A DNA stretch of 47,134 nucleotides, filler included, from Streblomastix strix (lineage: Eukaryota), in the NCBI GenBank assembly GCA_008636045.1. It is 2 parts of 2 records of this genome, joined end to end, with 100 filler letters (N's around TTAATTAATTAA, not from the genome) between each part and the next. Parts side by side here need not be neighbours in the genome. Positions count along the whole stretch, not along the records: positions 23,622 to 47,134 come from SNRW01000276.1; 1 more part is not named here. The stretch is one strand, 5' to 3'. Positions 27,074 to 41,121 of the stretch are shown in pieces. Position 1 is the stretch's first letter, and the number at the start of each line of letters is the position of its first letter. The notes beneath the pieces were generated by a model that saw only the letters and a list, made by a program, of their open reading frames with translations, made no database searches and was not told where the DNA came from. Both the position numbers and the translations under genes were made by a program.

Positions 27074-27496
27074 TCAATATTCTAGCTCCAATTCTAATAT
27101 AAAGTCCATATGATCCACATCAAGTAAATTTCCATCTTAATCCTTAAACCAGAAGTAAATATATGGAGCATGATTCATTTACTGAAAGACTTTTGAAGCT
27201 CTTTATTCATCACACATTCCAACGTAATAGTCATTATATTATTCTTCTTATACTATTGTTGAATGTAATGAAGTTTTACGTTGTTCAGTTGGAGTTGTAT
27301 CAGGATCATCATATAAGTACATATCATGATAATATTTTTTAATTTTCCATGGAATTATACATTAAACGAATGTTATTCTTCTTTCATCATGTGAATTTAC
27401 AAATTCTGTTGGTAATCTTCTTTTGAATGATCTATCTTAGATTTAAGTATGTTCACGAGTTATTATAAAATGTTTCTTATTTGGCGCAACAATCAT
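27074..27496 (-). CDS. Mirror copy of the probable penton
   Basis: Reverse complement of 43260-43682. Confidence 0.6.
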
Positions 27497-27542
27497 GTTT
27501 CATTCATTGCAAAAATAATATTAAACTTCATATTTATGTATT

Positions 27543-29255
27543 TCAAGCTGTAACACTTCCAATAACTTCATCAAATGAATGAGTTGTATCATAAACACAT
27601 GAACCTCCTTGATTTGGACTAAACAACCAGAAAGTATCATGAACTGTACATAGAATAGGAGGAGGAGGTCTTTTTCCTGCTGTATCTACATTATAGTAAC
27701 AATCAGTTACTCCTTGGAAAATTGGTGCACCACGAAGTTCTACAGAAGTATTTTGATTCTTAGTATCAAGTCCATCAAAAGTTAATGCTCCGTTACTATT
27801 CCTTTCACATTGTAAAGTAATCATGAAAGAAGTTAAATCTGTATGTGGATTAAGTCTTCTTGTTGCTGTGTTTCTTGGAGTTGTCAATGCATCTTCAAAT
27901 TCATCAGTTGCTTCAAATAATAGATCCAAGTTACTTGCATTCAATTGTAATTGGAAGAATTATTAATCAGTAGTATTCATGGGCATATCTGGGAAGTTTC
28001 TTCCACAAGTTGTTAATTACATATTATGATAGCATGGATTCTCAAAGCAAGTTGTAGCTCTAGCATCTTTTGGAAATAGAAGACAGAAATCTGTAACATG
28101 AGATAATGGAATATTTTAAGAAGTTCTTATTCCAGTAAGTGTTGCAGAAGTTGGGAATGGCCATATTTCAACTCTCTAAGCAGGAACTACAAATGGACGA
28201 GTTGAATAAAATGCTCTTACTCTATTTAAGCATTCATCAGTTGCTTTATATCCAGCCATATTTGCAGTTACTTCAGTTACTACGTAATTCATCATAGAAA
28301 TGGTTACTGGAGCAATATCACAAATCAAATTCTTTAATCCACTAGGAGTTAATTATTCAGCTCTGATACCAGTGATTAAATCAGCAGTACATCCAAGCTA
28401 TGTGAATTAATTAGTATACTAGAATGTTAGGCTCCAATTACGGAAGAAAAGATCAATATCCATTAATTTTTATTATCCTGAACTTAGCAATTCATCTTTA
28501 TTCATTGTATAATATTTTGCAAGTGATACAATAGGATTAACTTATGCATAAACAAATGCATTAGGATTGATCTTGAATTTAATCTTAAGATCTCCAAACA
28601 TTCCATTTGGATAATCAGTGAAAGCTGAGAATATCAACAGATCATCTAAAGGTACAGAAACTCTAAATCTAACTGGCATTTTATATGGAACATTTCCTTA
28701 ATCTGCAATTGCTTCTTCAATCTCTCTCATTGTAATATAAGTTCCACAAGCTGATGTATCAAACTTATGGATATTTTCATATAATGAATGGATATGTTTT
28801 CTATTATTTTTCTCTGACTTTGGCTTAATGGTGTTATAGATGAATGATTCAGTTGTTGCATCATTCTACAAGCTTCCATCAATAGTTCTTCCACGATGAT
28901 AAACCGTGTATTCTCGAATGATATTGCTTCCTGACTTCAATCCTACAAATAATATAACTCCATCCTTGTATGCATCTTCAAATCCTTCAAATTTATTATC
29001 AAACAATAGATTTGCAGTCATAACAATTGATAAGAATGAATTCTATATCTATGTAATGTCATGATCACTGTCAGATAAACTTATTGTAATTTCTTTGTCA
29101 AACAATGCTGGCATCTGTGATTCAGGTTTAATCTCTTTAATTGAATAATGATGTTCTCCATCATTTCTAAATGGTGTAACAGCATTTGATTCAAGTACTC
29201 CTTCAATTGTATTCAACGATTATACTTATATTGCTTTTGATAGAAAACGATTCAT
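27543..29255 (-). CDS. Mirror copy of the probable major capsid protein
   Basis: Reverse complement of 41501-43213. Confidence 0.65.
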
Positions 29256-29310
29256 ACTGATTTGTGAAAGAACAAAAATAATCAATTAATTATAATTTAT
29301 ACATAGATGT

Positions 29311-29634
29311 TCATTTAATTTCTTATCCAATAAGTTTTATTCTTCTACTTAACGATTCAATTGGTAAATTCTACTTAACAAATGTATCATTACGGAAGTC
29401 ATTAAAGTTATCTTTTACTTTTTATTTTGATCCTTTACCTCCAAATGCATCTATCGTTGATGATCCTAAACTAATTCCTTTAGTTATCATTCCTCCAACA
29501 GGTCCAAGTGCTGGTGCAAGTAAGTTTGCAGTTGGGAGAATGTACGGTTTAACAATTTTTTCATTTACCCATTGTAATCCAGTTCCGAGTTTTTATGCAA
29601 TTGCTTTAATTTTTGAAAACAAACCTGGTGCCAT
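29311..29634 (-). CDS. Mirror copy of the amphipathic-helix protein
   Basis: Reverse complement of 41122-41445. Confidence 0.6.
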
Positions 29635-29751
29635 TGTTTTATTATTTGTTATTCTTGTTTCGATAAAACAAAAATAATTACTTCGTGAAACATCAGTCAC
29701 ACATAAATTTCATTTTTTCAAATGTTAATCACAATTTCATTGTCTGTAACT

Positions 29752-31359
29752 TCATAAGTAGTACATTCCACTAGAGCAATATTTATATATATCAGTAGAT
29801 GAATCAGGGATAACGTCTTGAATATTTTGTAAAAAGCAATATAAATGTTTGTCTTATTAATTGAATCCAAAATAACACATACCCCACCAATTAATATTTC
29901 CACCTGCATTTCTATAGACAGAAGCAGGAAATCCCATACTTTTACCATCAGTTGGCAATACTGCATCTGGAATTCTACCAATCTCTTATACTTTTGCTTC
30001 TTATCCTTTTGATTCAAAATATAGATTGAATACACACACTCTACAAGTTCCATCATCAACAATATAAAACGTATTATAAGCATGACTATCCAAACTAAAA
30101 GGTGCATTAATTTAAATTTAATTGAATACATTCGTTAAAGTATATTATGGTTATTATTATGGTTATACATCTGATAATTATTTTTCATGTTTCATAATAA
30201 CTTCATCGATATGTGACTCTGTATCTTCAGGTTATGCTTCATTTGATTCTTCGTTTGATGTTGCATTCTTATAATTATCGAGTACGTAAGTTCCTTGAAA
30301 TTCACAATCTAACATACTCAATGTTCCACTTACAGCTACTTATACTGCTGATGATTTATCATAAATATCTTTGAATAAGCACATCGCAGCATATTCTTAT
30401 TGTTCTGTACGAACTGGCATATATTTCATATTTGGAGGAAGTAATTTTTAACCAATTGTTGAAAATAATTTATATACAGTTTATCGATTTTCTGAATTAG
30501 CTTATTATATTACTTATGCTAATTTTGCACCAAAACTATATGTAATAAATGGACCATCTTTAATGAAGAATGCAGCACGATCAGCCTTATATATCGCTAA
30601 TTCATCAATCAGTTTAATATCAATATTCAAATAATTAACTATATTATCTCCTGATGCTCCTGAAGCTATTATATCTGTTTATTTTTTCACAGTTTAATAT
30701 ACATATGATTATGTTTCGAACATTCCATTTCCATTTACATTCCATGTATCCATTATATCTACCTTTCCATCATTATTAGTATCATAGTTTGCTTTTTTCG
30801 AAGATTCATACTGCTTATAATAAGTTACATTAATAATTAATGCAGTTTTTGATGGAATCGATGAAGTACTAATAATAAATGGTCCATTCTGATCAATATA
30901 GCAAAATATACTATTTTTATTTGTTGTATCTGTTCCAACTAATGCAATCACTTTATCACCAGCTTTTGGTCTTGCTTCTTCTGGATAGCTTTTAAATAAA
31001 TATCCACCAGGAAATTATCCAGTAGTTTCATATGATGCAGTTAATGTAACACGATCACCATATACAATTAATTAAGGATCTGATCCACTAGATGCTAAGA
31101 AACTAGATCTTTCCAATTATGAACTTAAATCCAATTTCGTAGGAGCATTTGCAATTGGTGGTATAAACTCTTCGTTTGTTTTAAAGAGAATATCATCATT
31201 ATCTTTCACTTATTTCTAGAGAGTTTATTCCCCGATAGGAATTGGAGATGATTCACCAATAGAAGATTATGGATTTCTTTCTTTAATATAAGCATATAGT
31301 TCTGGAAAATCCATTAATCCTGCAGCGTTAAGTAATTTTTCGTCAATGTATACTGTCAT
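29752..31359 (-). CDS. Mirror copy of the 535-aa fibre-head-like protein
   Basis: Reverse complement of 39397-41004. Confidence 0.65.
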
Positions 31360-31475
31360 TATATTTGAGATCAAACAAAAATAATTTATAAATATATACA
31401 CTCTTTCATTTAACCAATGTAGTAGATGCACATTGGACAAATGAGTTGGTGCAATTAACTTGGATTACTTTGTTT

Positions 31476-34400
31476 TCAATTTGCTGCAGGATATGTAACA
31501 TTGATGTATGCTGATGCAGCACCAGCTAAACCAGCTGTTCCAGATAGTGCTTTAATAGTTATCGTAACCTTTCCATCAGTTCCAAATCTGAAATTTGCGA
31601 CATGAGGTGCAGAGCCAGCAAAAATTATATCATCTGCATAAAATAAATACTTTGGATATCCAGCACTTTCAAGTGTACAAACTGCAACTGATGCACCAGA
31701 TGCTCCTGCTCCATTACCCATATATATGTAACCGTAAAAGGTAACTAGTTATCCATATCTATAATATTTTAGTGCAGATATTGAAGTTGGACTAACTACA
31801 TTACTAGTATAATTAATATTTACTAATTCTAATCCTCCAAACGATGATAATAATCTATCTCCACCTCCAGCAAGAAGAACTGATGTGTCATCTTTACCAG
31901 TTTTAGCAAATCCAGTAGCATTAACATTACTCGTAAATGTCTTAGATCCATTAACTGTCTAATCTTATATTGTATTAACTAAATTACCTAATGTACTCTA
32001 ATCCATTTTAGAAGATAATTTTGCGTCAACTTCAGACATAGTCAAATATGTATTAGCTACAGGATCCTGTGTTTCATCTGGATAATCAAATGGACTTACA
32101 TATTTTAATCTTCCTGTAATTGTTTATTAAATTGAACCTTCCAATCTTACAAATTTATTATTTGCTTCAGTTTGTGAATAAGTCTATGTTTTTGTATAAT
32201 AATTTGATAAATCAGGAGCTCCACTTGAAAATTCAGAAATTGGTTTTGTACCACCACCAGCTAATAGAACAGATGTATCATCAGAACCTGATTTAATAAA
32301 TCCTGATGCTGTTAAATTTTAATTATATGTTATTTATTATGGATGTACATGGTCATGTCTAGAGTAATAGTCTGATGAACCTTTACTAGCAACACCATTA
32401 ACACATGGTTAAATATCAGTACTTGGAGCTACATTAATTATATGTCTATGATCAGCTCTCGCAAATAAACTTAGCATTCCTGCAGATCCACTAAAAGTAT
32501 CATTTCCAGGAATGTTATCAGAAGCTTTATTATTTATTAAGTTATTTGTTTATGTTTATGAATAAGTATCACTTCTGCTATAGACTTCATCTTTGGAATA
32601 AGTTTATGTTTTTGTATAATAATTTGATAAATCAGTTGGTGGACTAACAAATTCAGAAATTGGTTTTGTACCTCCTGCTCCAAGTAATACAACAGTATCA
32701 TCGGCACCGGATTTAACAAATGATGCACCAGTAACTGTTGACATTCCATCTATAGTACTTGTGAATCTACAAGCATTATTGAATGTCTTGTTTGCTGCTA
32801 TTGTTTATGAAGTACCTAATGTAACATAATTAGATAGTTCTGTTGCGTCTGCTTTCTCACCTAATAATTCGTTTGTTTTTGTTTTATTGTAATAATCAGT
32901 CAAATCAACATCACCAACATCAATCTATGAAATTATATAATCAGTTTCTGTTTTTGTATAAGTAGTTGACTAATTTGCTTTCAATAATAATAATGCATCA
33001 TCTTCTCCTTTAGAATATGAAACACCAGTATCAGCTTTATTATTTAATAAGTTATTAGTTTCTCCTTTTGTATACGAATCTATTAGTTATGTTTTGTCGG
33101 CTTTCAATAATAATAATGCATCATCTTCTCCTTTTGTATATGAAACTCCAGAATCAGCTTTATTATTTAATAAGTTATTAGTTTCTCCTTTAGTATATGA
33201 GTCAATCAATTATGTTTTGTCAGCCTTTAGTAATAAAAGTGCATCATCTTCACCTTTTGTATATGAAACTCCAGTATTTGCTTTCAATAATAATAATGCA
33301 TCATCTTCTCCTTTAGAATATGAAACACCAGTATCAGCTTTATTATTTAATAAGTTATTTGTTTCTCCTTTTGTATAAGAATCTGTTAATTATGTCTTAT
33401 CAGCTTTCAATAATAGCAATGCATCATCTTCTCCTTTTGTATATGAAACACCAGAATCAGCTTTATTATTCAATAGATTATTAGTTTCTCCTTTTGTATA
33501 TGAATCAATCAATTGAGTTTTATCAGCTTTCAATAGTAATAGTGCATCATCTTCTCCTTTAGTGTATGAAACACCAGTATTTGCTTTATTATTCAATAGA
33601 TTATTAGTTTCACCCTATGAATAGGTTTCACTTTTATTATAATAATTTGAAGTAATATCAGAAATTGCTTTAACTCCACCTCCAGCACAAACAACACTAT
33701 TATTATCATATGTTTAAACCATAATTCCTACTGAATGAATAGTTGTATTAAATGTCTTTTAGCCAGTTATAGTCTCATCATAATTATTAGTTACAAATGA
33801 AGTATTTTTTGCTGGAGTTAGTACATTTCCATCTATTGTTATATCAGTTATTGCATTTCCATTTCCAGTTGCAGTTCCTAAAGTAGTTACAACATTACTC
33901 ATATCTGGTAATTCGGTTTCTAACATTCTTAAGCTAGTTCCATCCCACCAATAGTCAGTAACTTCCTTATCAACAATATATAGATTATCGCCAATAACCA
34001 GTTTTGCAACGTTTTCCTAATCTTCCATCCATGTATTCATCTCATCAGTGGTTGCAAATACATAACCTTTTGATTTCCCTGTTGCAATGTCTCTGACTTA
34101 TTATAATTCAGTTTGATTTACTAAAGTACTTACTAACATATCACCACCACCTGCTAATAATATTGATGCATCATTTTTACTTTATTTTGATATGCTTGAT
34201 ACTGATATTACACCGAATTATTTTTATCCAGATACTGTTTATGCAGATGTTAGATCAACAAAATTATTTAAATCAGTTTTGTCAGCTTTCAGTAATAACA
34301 ACGCATCATCTTCTGTTTTTGAATAAGAATCTATCAATTACGTTTTATCAGCTTTCAATAATAACAATGCATCATCTTCTGTTTTTGAATAAGAATCTAT

Positions 34401-35102
34401 TAACTAAGTTTTATCAGCTTTTTCATCTAATAATTCATCTACTTATCCAGCTGTGTAATATTCATTAAAATCAGTTTTGTCAGCTTTCAATAATAATAAT
34501 GCATCATCCTCTATTTTTGAATATGAATCTATTAGCTATGTTTTGTCAGCTTTCAGTAATAATAATGCATCATCTTCTGTTTTTGAATAAGAATCTATTA
34601 ACTAAGTCTTGTCAGCTTTTTCATCAAGCATTTCATCTACTTATCCTGCTGTGTAATATTCATCAAAATCAGTTTTGTCAGCTTTCAATAATAATAATGC
34701 ATCATCTTCAGTTTTTGAATAAGAATCAATCAATTAAGTTTTATCAGCTTTCTATAATAACAATGCATCATCTTCTGATTTAGAGTATGAAGTACCAACA
34801 TTAGCTTTTTCATCAAGAAATTCATCAACTTCTGTTTTATTATATACTTCAACCTTAGCATAAGTTTCAGATTTAGTGTAGTAATCATCAAGATCAGTTT
34901 TGTCTGCTTTCTCGTCAAATAATTCATTTGCTTCAGTTCTTGTATATACATCTGGTGCAGGAGCATTATTAATTATATTGATTTAATTATTAATATGTGT
35001 AACTTACTCAACTAATCCAATAGTATTATAACGAGTTGAACCAAGTAATATCTCATCATGTTTCAAAACTACATCTAACATATGTAAGTCCCCGTCAAGC
35101 AT
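31476..35102 (-). CDS. Mirror copy of the 1208-aa fibre-like protein
   Basis: Reverse complement of 35654-39280. Confidence 0.8.
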
Positions 35103-35270
35103 TTTATATGTTTCTAACAAAAATAAACTTTATTAATGTATCATTCATTTCATACTTTAGAAAGTACCTACATTAGTCCAGATGATACAGCTCTCATAAT
35201 CTTTGACGAAATATCTCCTAAATCAAGTATTGATGATATTTTTCTAACTTTTTACAGACATATTTTATAA

Positions 35271-35606
35271 GAATCTGCTCATTTTATTTTATCAGCCCCT
35301 TAATTAGTAAGAGTTGTAGCATATACATATGAAGTTCCTGAAAGTTAGGTTGAAATTATTGTTGAAAATGAAACTTGCTGTAGTAAATTCTGTCATGATG
35401 GTACAGAAACAATAACTGATATTGCAATTTCAAATGTAAATATCTTAACATTAGATGTAAATAAAGTTAATTTACTGAGAGATTCTTATAAAATATGTCT
35501 GTAAAAAGTTAGAAAAATATCATCAATACTTGATTTAGGAGATATTTCGTCAAAGATTATGAGAGCTGTATCATCTGGACTAATGTAGGTACTTTCTAAA
35601 GTATGA
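35271..35606 (+). CDS. 5'-truncated viral ORF crossing the palindrome spacer into the right arm
   Basis: Open frame ESAHFILSAPQLVRVVAYTYEVPESQVEIIVENETCCSKFC...RAVSSGLMQVLSKV-TGA; its upstream part is replaced by inverted-arm sequence. Confidence 0.6.
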
Positions 35607-35653
35607 AATGAATGATACATTAATAAAGTTTATTTTTGTTAGAAACATATAAA

Positions 35654-38600
35654 ATGCTTGACGGGGACTTACATATGTTAGATGTAGTTTTGAAACATGA
35701 TGAGATATTACTTGGTTCAACTCGTTATAATACTATTGGATTAGTTGAGTAAGTTACACATATTAATAATTAAATCAATATAATTAATAATGCTCCTGCA
35801 CCAGATGTATATACAAGAACTGAAGCAAATGAATTATTTGACGAGAAAGCAGACAAAACTGATCTTGATGATTACTACACTAAATCTGAAACTTATGCTA
35901 AGGTTGAAGTATATAATAAAACAGAAGTTGATGAATTTCTTGATGAAAAAGCTAATGTTGGTACTTCATACTCTAAATCAGAAGATGATGCATTGTTATT
36001 ATAGAAAGCTGATAAAACTTAATTGATTGATTCTTATTCAAAAACTGAAGATGATGCATTATTATTATTGAAAGCTGACAAAACTGATTTTGATGAATAT
36101 TACACAGCAGGATAAGTAGATGAAATGCTTGATGAAAAAGCTGACAAGACTTAGTTAATAGATTCTTATTCAAAAACAGAAGATGATGCATTATTATTAC
36201 TGAAAGCTGACAAAACATAGCTAATAGATTCATATTCAAAAATAGAGGATGATGCATTATTATTATTGAAAGCTGACAAAACTGATTTTAATGAATATTA
36301 CACAGCTGGATAAGTAGATGAATTATTAGATGAAAAAGCTGATAAAACTTAGTTAATAGATTCTTATTCAAAAACAGAAGATGATGCATTGTTATTATTG
36401 AAAGCTGATAAAACGTAATTGATAGATTCTTATTCAAAAACAGAAGATGATGCGTTGTTATTACTGAAAGCTGACAAAACTGATTTAAATAATTTTGTTG
36501 ATCTAACATCTGCATAAACAGTATCTGGATAAAAATAATTCGGTGTAATATCAGTATCAAGCATATCAAAATAAAGTAAAAATGATGCATCAATATTATT
36601 AGCAGGTGGTGGTGATATGTTAGTAAGTACTTTAGTAAATCAAACTGAATTATAATAAGTCAGAGACATTGCAACAGGGAAATCAAAAGGTTATGTATTT
36701 GCAACCACTGATGAGATGAATACATGGATGGAAGATTAGGAAAACGTTGCAAAACTGGTTATTGGCGATAATCTATATATTGTTGATAAGGAAGTTACTG
36801 ACTATTGGTGGGATGGAACTAGCTTAAGAATGTTAGAAACCGAATTACCAGATATGAGTAATGTTGTAACTACTTTAGGAACTGCAACTGGAAATGGAAA
36901 TGCAATAACTGATATAACAATAGATGGAAATGTACTAACTCCAGCAAAAAATACTTCATTTGTAACTAATAATTATGATGAGACTATAACTGGCTAAAAG
37001 ACATTTAATACAACTATTCATTCAGTAGGAATTATGGTTTAAACATATGATAATAATAGTGTTGTTTGTGCTGGAGGTGGAGTTAAAGCAATTTCTGATA
37101 TTACTTCAAATTATTATAATAAAAGTGAAACCTATTCATAGGGTGAAACTAATAATCTATTGAATAATAAAGCAAATACTGGTGTTTCATACACTAAAGG
37201 AGAAGATGATGCACTATTACTATTGAAAGCTGATAAAACTCAATTGATTGATTCATATACAAAAGGAGAAACTAATAATCTATTGAATAATAAAGCTGAT
37301 TCTGGTGTTTCATATACAAAAGGAGAAGATGATGCATTGCTATTATTGAAAGCTGATAAGACATAATTAACAGATTCTTATACAAAAGGAGAAACAAATA
37401 ACTTATTAAATAATAAAGCTGATACTGGTGTTTCATATTCTAAAGGAGAAGATGATGCATTATTATTATTGAAAGCAAATACTGGAGTTTCATATACAAA
37501 AGGTGAAGATGATGCACTTTTATTACTAAAGGCTGACAAAACATAATTGATTGACTCATATACTAAAGGAGAAACTAATAACTTATTAAATAATAAAGCT
37601 GATTCTGGAGTTTCATATACAAAAGGAGAAGATGATGCATTATTATTATTGAAAGCCGACAAAACATAACTAATAGATTCGTATACAAAAGGAGAAACTA
37701 ATAACTTATTAAATAATAAAGCTGATACTGGTGTTTCATATTCTAAAGGAGAAGATGATGCATTATTATTATTGAAAGCAAATTAGTCAACTACTTATAC
37801 AAAAACAGAAACTGATTATATAATTTCATAGATTGATGTTGGTGATGTTGATTTGACTGATTATTACAATAAAACAAAAACAAACGAATTATTAGGTGAG
37901 AAAGCAGACGCAACAGAACTATCTAATTATGTTACATTAGGTACTTCATAAACAATAGCAGCAAACAAGACATTCAATAATGCTTGTAGATTCACAAGTA
38001 CTATAGATGGAATGTCAACAGTTACTGGTGCATCATTTGTTAAATCCGGTGCCGATGATACTGTTGTATTACTTGGAGCAGGAGGTACAAAACCAATTTC
38101 TGAATTTGTTAGTCCACCAACTGATTTATCAAATTATTATACAAAAACATAAACTTATTCCAAAGATGAAGTCTATAGCAGAAGTGATACTTATTCATAA
38201 ACATAAACAAATAACTTAATAAATAATAAAGCTTCTGATAACATTCCTGGAAATGATACTTTTAGTGGATCTGCAGGAATGCTAAGTTTATTTGCGAGAG
38301 CTGATCATAGACATATAATTAATGTAGCTCCAAGTACTGATATTTAACCATGTGTTAATGGTGTTGCTAGTAAAGGTTCATCAGACTATTACTCTAGACA
38401 TGACCATGTACATCCATAATAAATAACATATAATTAAAATTTAACAGCATCAGGATTTATTAAATCAGGTTCTGATGATACATCTGTTCTATTAGCTGGT
38501 GGTGGTACAAAACCAATTTCTGAATTTTCAAGTGGAGCTCCTGATTTATCAAATTATTATACAAAAACATAGACTTATTCACAAACTGAAGCAAATAATA

Positions 38601-39280
38601 AATTTGTAAGATTGGAAGGTTCAATTTAATAAACAATTACAGGAAGATTAAAATATGTAAGTCCATTTGATTATCCAGATGAAACACAGGATCCTGTAGC
38701 TAATACATATTTGACTATGTCTGAAGTTGACGCAAAATTATCTTCTAAAATGGATTAGAGTACATTAGGTAATTTAGTTAATACAATATAAGATTAGACA
38801 GTTAATGGATCTAAGACATTTACGAGTAATGTTAATGCTACTGGATTTGCTAAAACTGGTAAAGATGACACATCAGTTCTTCTTGCTGGAGGTGGAGATA
38901 GATTATTATCATCGTTTGGAGGATTAGAATTAGTAAATATTAATTATACTAGTAATGTAGTTAGTCCAACTTCAATATCTGCACTAAAATATTATAGATA
39001 TGGATAACTAGTTACCTTTTACGGTTACATATATATGGGTAATGGAGCAGGAGCATCTGGTGCATCAGTTGCAGTTTGTACACTTGAAAGTGCTGGATAT
39101 CCAAAGTATTTATTTTATGCAGATGATATAATTTTTGCTGGCTCTGCACCTCATGTCGCAAATTTCAGATTTGGAACTGATGGAAAGGTTACGATAACTA
39201 TTAAAGCACTATCTGGAACAGCTGGTTTAGCTGGTGCTGCATCAGCATACATCAATGTTACATATCCTGCAGCAAATTGA
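35654..39280 (+). CDS. Long fibre-like protein (1208 aa) with KADKT repeats, QTxxGxKTF motifs, HxH motifs and C-terminal beta head
   Basis: One frame ATG 35654 to TGA 39278-39280 with TAR=Gln, joining track ORFs 37160-37366 and 39035-39280. Repeats YSKTEDDALLLLKADKT and YTKGETNNLLNNKA; motifs ARADHRH and SRHDHVHP. Confidence 0.8.
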
Positions 39281-39396
39281 AAACAAAGTAATCCAAGTTA
39301 ATTGCACCAACTCATTTGTCCAATGTGCATCTACTACATTGGTTAAATGAAAGAGTGTATATATTTATAAATTATTTTTGTTTGATCTCAAATATA

Positions 39397-41004
39397 ATGA
39401 CAGTATACATTGACGAAAAATTACTTAACGCTGCAGGATTAATGGATTTTCCAGAACTATATGCTTATATTAAAGAAAGAAATCCATAATCTTCTATTGG
39501 TGAATCATCTCCAATTCCTATCGGGGAATAAACTCTCTAGAAATAAGTGAAAGATAATGATGATATTCTCTTTAAAACAAACGAAGAGTTTATACCACCA
39601 ATTGCAAATGCTCCTACGAAATTGGATTTAAGTTCATAATTGGAAAGATCTAGTTTCTTAGCATCTAGTGGATCAGATCCTTAATTAATTGTATATGGTG
39701 ATCGTGTTACATTAACTGCATCATATGAAACTACTGGATAATTTCCTGGTGGATATTTATTTAAAAGCTATCCAGAAGAAGCAAGACCAAAAGCTGGTGA
39801 TAAAGTGATTGCATTAGTTGGAACAGATACAACAAATAAAAATAGTATATTTTGCTATATTGATCAGAATGGACCATTTATTATTAGTACTTCATCGATT
39901 CCATCAAAAACTGCATTAATTATTAATGTAACTTATTATAAGCAGTATGAATCTTCGAAAAAAGCAAACTATGATACTAATAATGATGGAAAGGTAGATA
40001 TAATGGATACATGGAATGTAAATGGAAATGGAATGTTCGAAACATAATCATATGTATATTAAACTGTGAAAAAATAAACAGATATAATAGCTTCAGGAGC
40101 ATCAGGAGATAATATAGTTAATTATTTGAATATTGATATTAAACTGATTGATGAATTAGCGATATATAAGGCTGATCGTGCTGCATTCTTCATTAAAGAT
40201 GGTCCATTTATTACATATAGTTTTGGTGCAAAATTAGCATAAGTAATATAATAAGCTAATTCAGAAAATCGATAAACTGTATATAAATTATTTTCAACAA
40301 TTGGTTAAAAATTACTTCCTCCAAATATGAAATATATGCCAGTTCGTACAGAACAATAAGAATATGCTGCGATGTGCTTATTCAAAGATATTTATGATAA
40401 ATCATCAGCAGTATAAGTAGCTGTAAGTGGAACATTGAGTATGTTAGATTGTGAATTTCAAGGAACTTACGTACTCGATAATTATAAGAATGCAACATCA
40501 AACGAAGAATCAAATGAAGCATAACCTGAAGATACAGAGTCACATATCGATGAAGTTATTATGAAACATGAAAAATAATTATCAGATGTATAACCATAAT
40601 AATAACCATAATATACTTTAACGAATGTATTCAATTAAATTTAAATTAATGCACCTTTTAGTTTGGATAGTCATGCTTATAATACGTTTTATATTGTTGA
40701 TGATGGAACTTGTAGAGTGTGTGTATTCAATCTATATTTTGAATCAAAAGGATAAGAAGCAAAAGTATAAGAGATTGGTAGAATTCCAGATGCAGTATTG
40801 CCAACTGATGGTAAAAGTATGGGATTTCCTGCTTCTGTCTATAGAAATGCAGGTGGAAATATTAATTGGTGGGGTATGTGTTATTTTGGATTCAATTAAT
40901 AAGACAAACATTTATATTGCTTTTTACAAAATATTCAAGACGTTATCCCTGATTCATCTACTGATATATATAAATATTGCTCTAGTGGAATGTACTACTT
41001 ATGA
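39397..41004 (+). CDS. Viral protein (535 aa) with several fibre-head-like beta domains and a dockerin/EF-hand-like loop
   Basis: Single frame MTVYIDEKLL...YCSSGMYYL-TGA with motifs YPEEARP, IPDAVLP and YDTNNDGKVDIMD. The function is inferred. Confidence 0.65.
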
Positions 41005-41121
41005 AGTTACAGACAATGAAATTGTGATTAACATTTGAAAAAATGAAATTTATGTGTGACTGATGTTTCACGAAGTAATTATTTTTGTTTTATCGAAACA
41101 AGAATAACAAATAATAAAACA

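Noticed and set aside
35277..35479. Spacer as a covalently closed hairpin telomere or protelomerase site
   Set aside because: The spacer is asymmetric coding sequence continuous with the right arm, there is no perfect central palindrome, and no protelomerase was seen.
40625..41038. 137-aa ORF from the track (and its mirror 29718-30131)
   Set aside because: It is an off-frame shadow overlapping the real TAR=Gln ORF 39397-41004.
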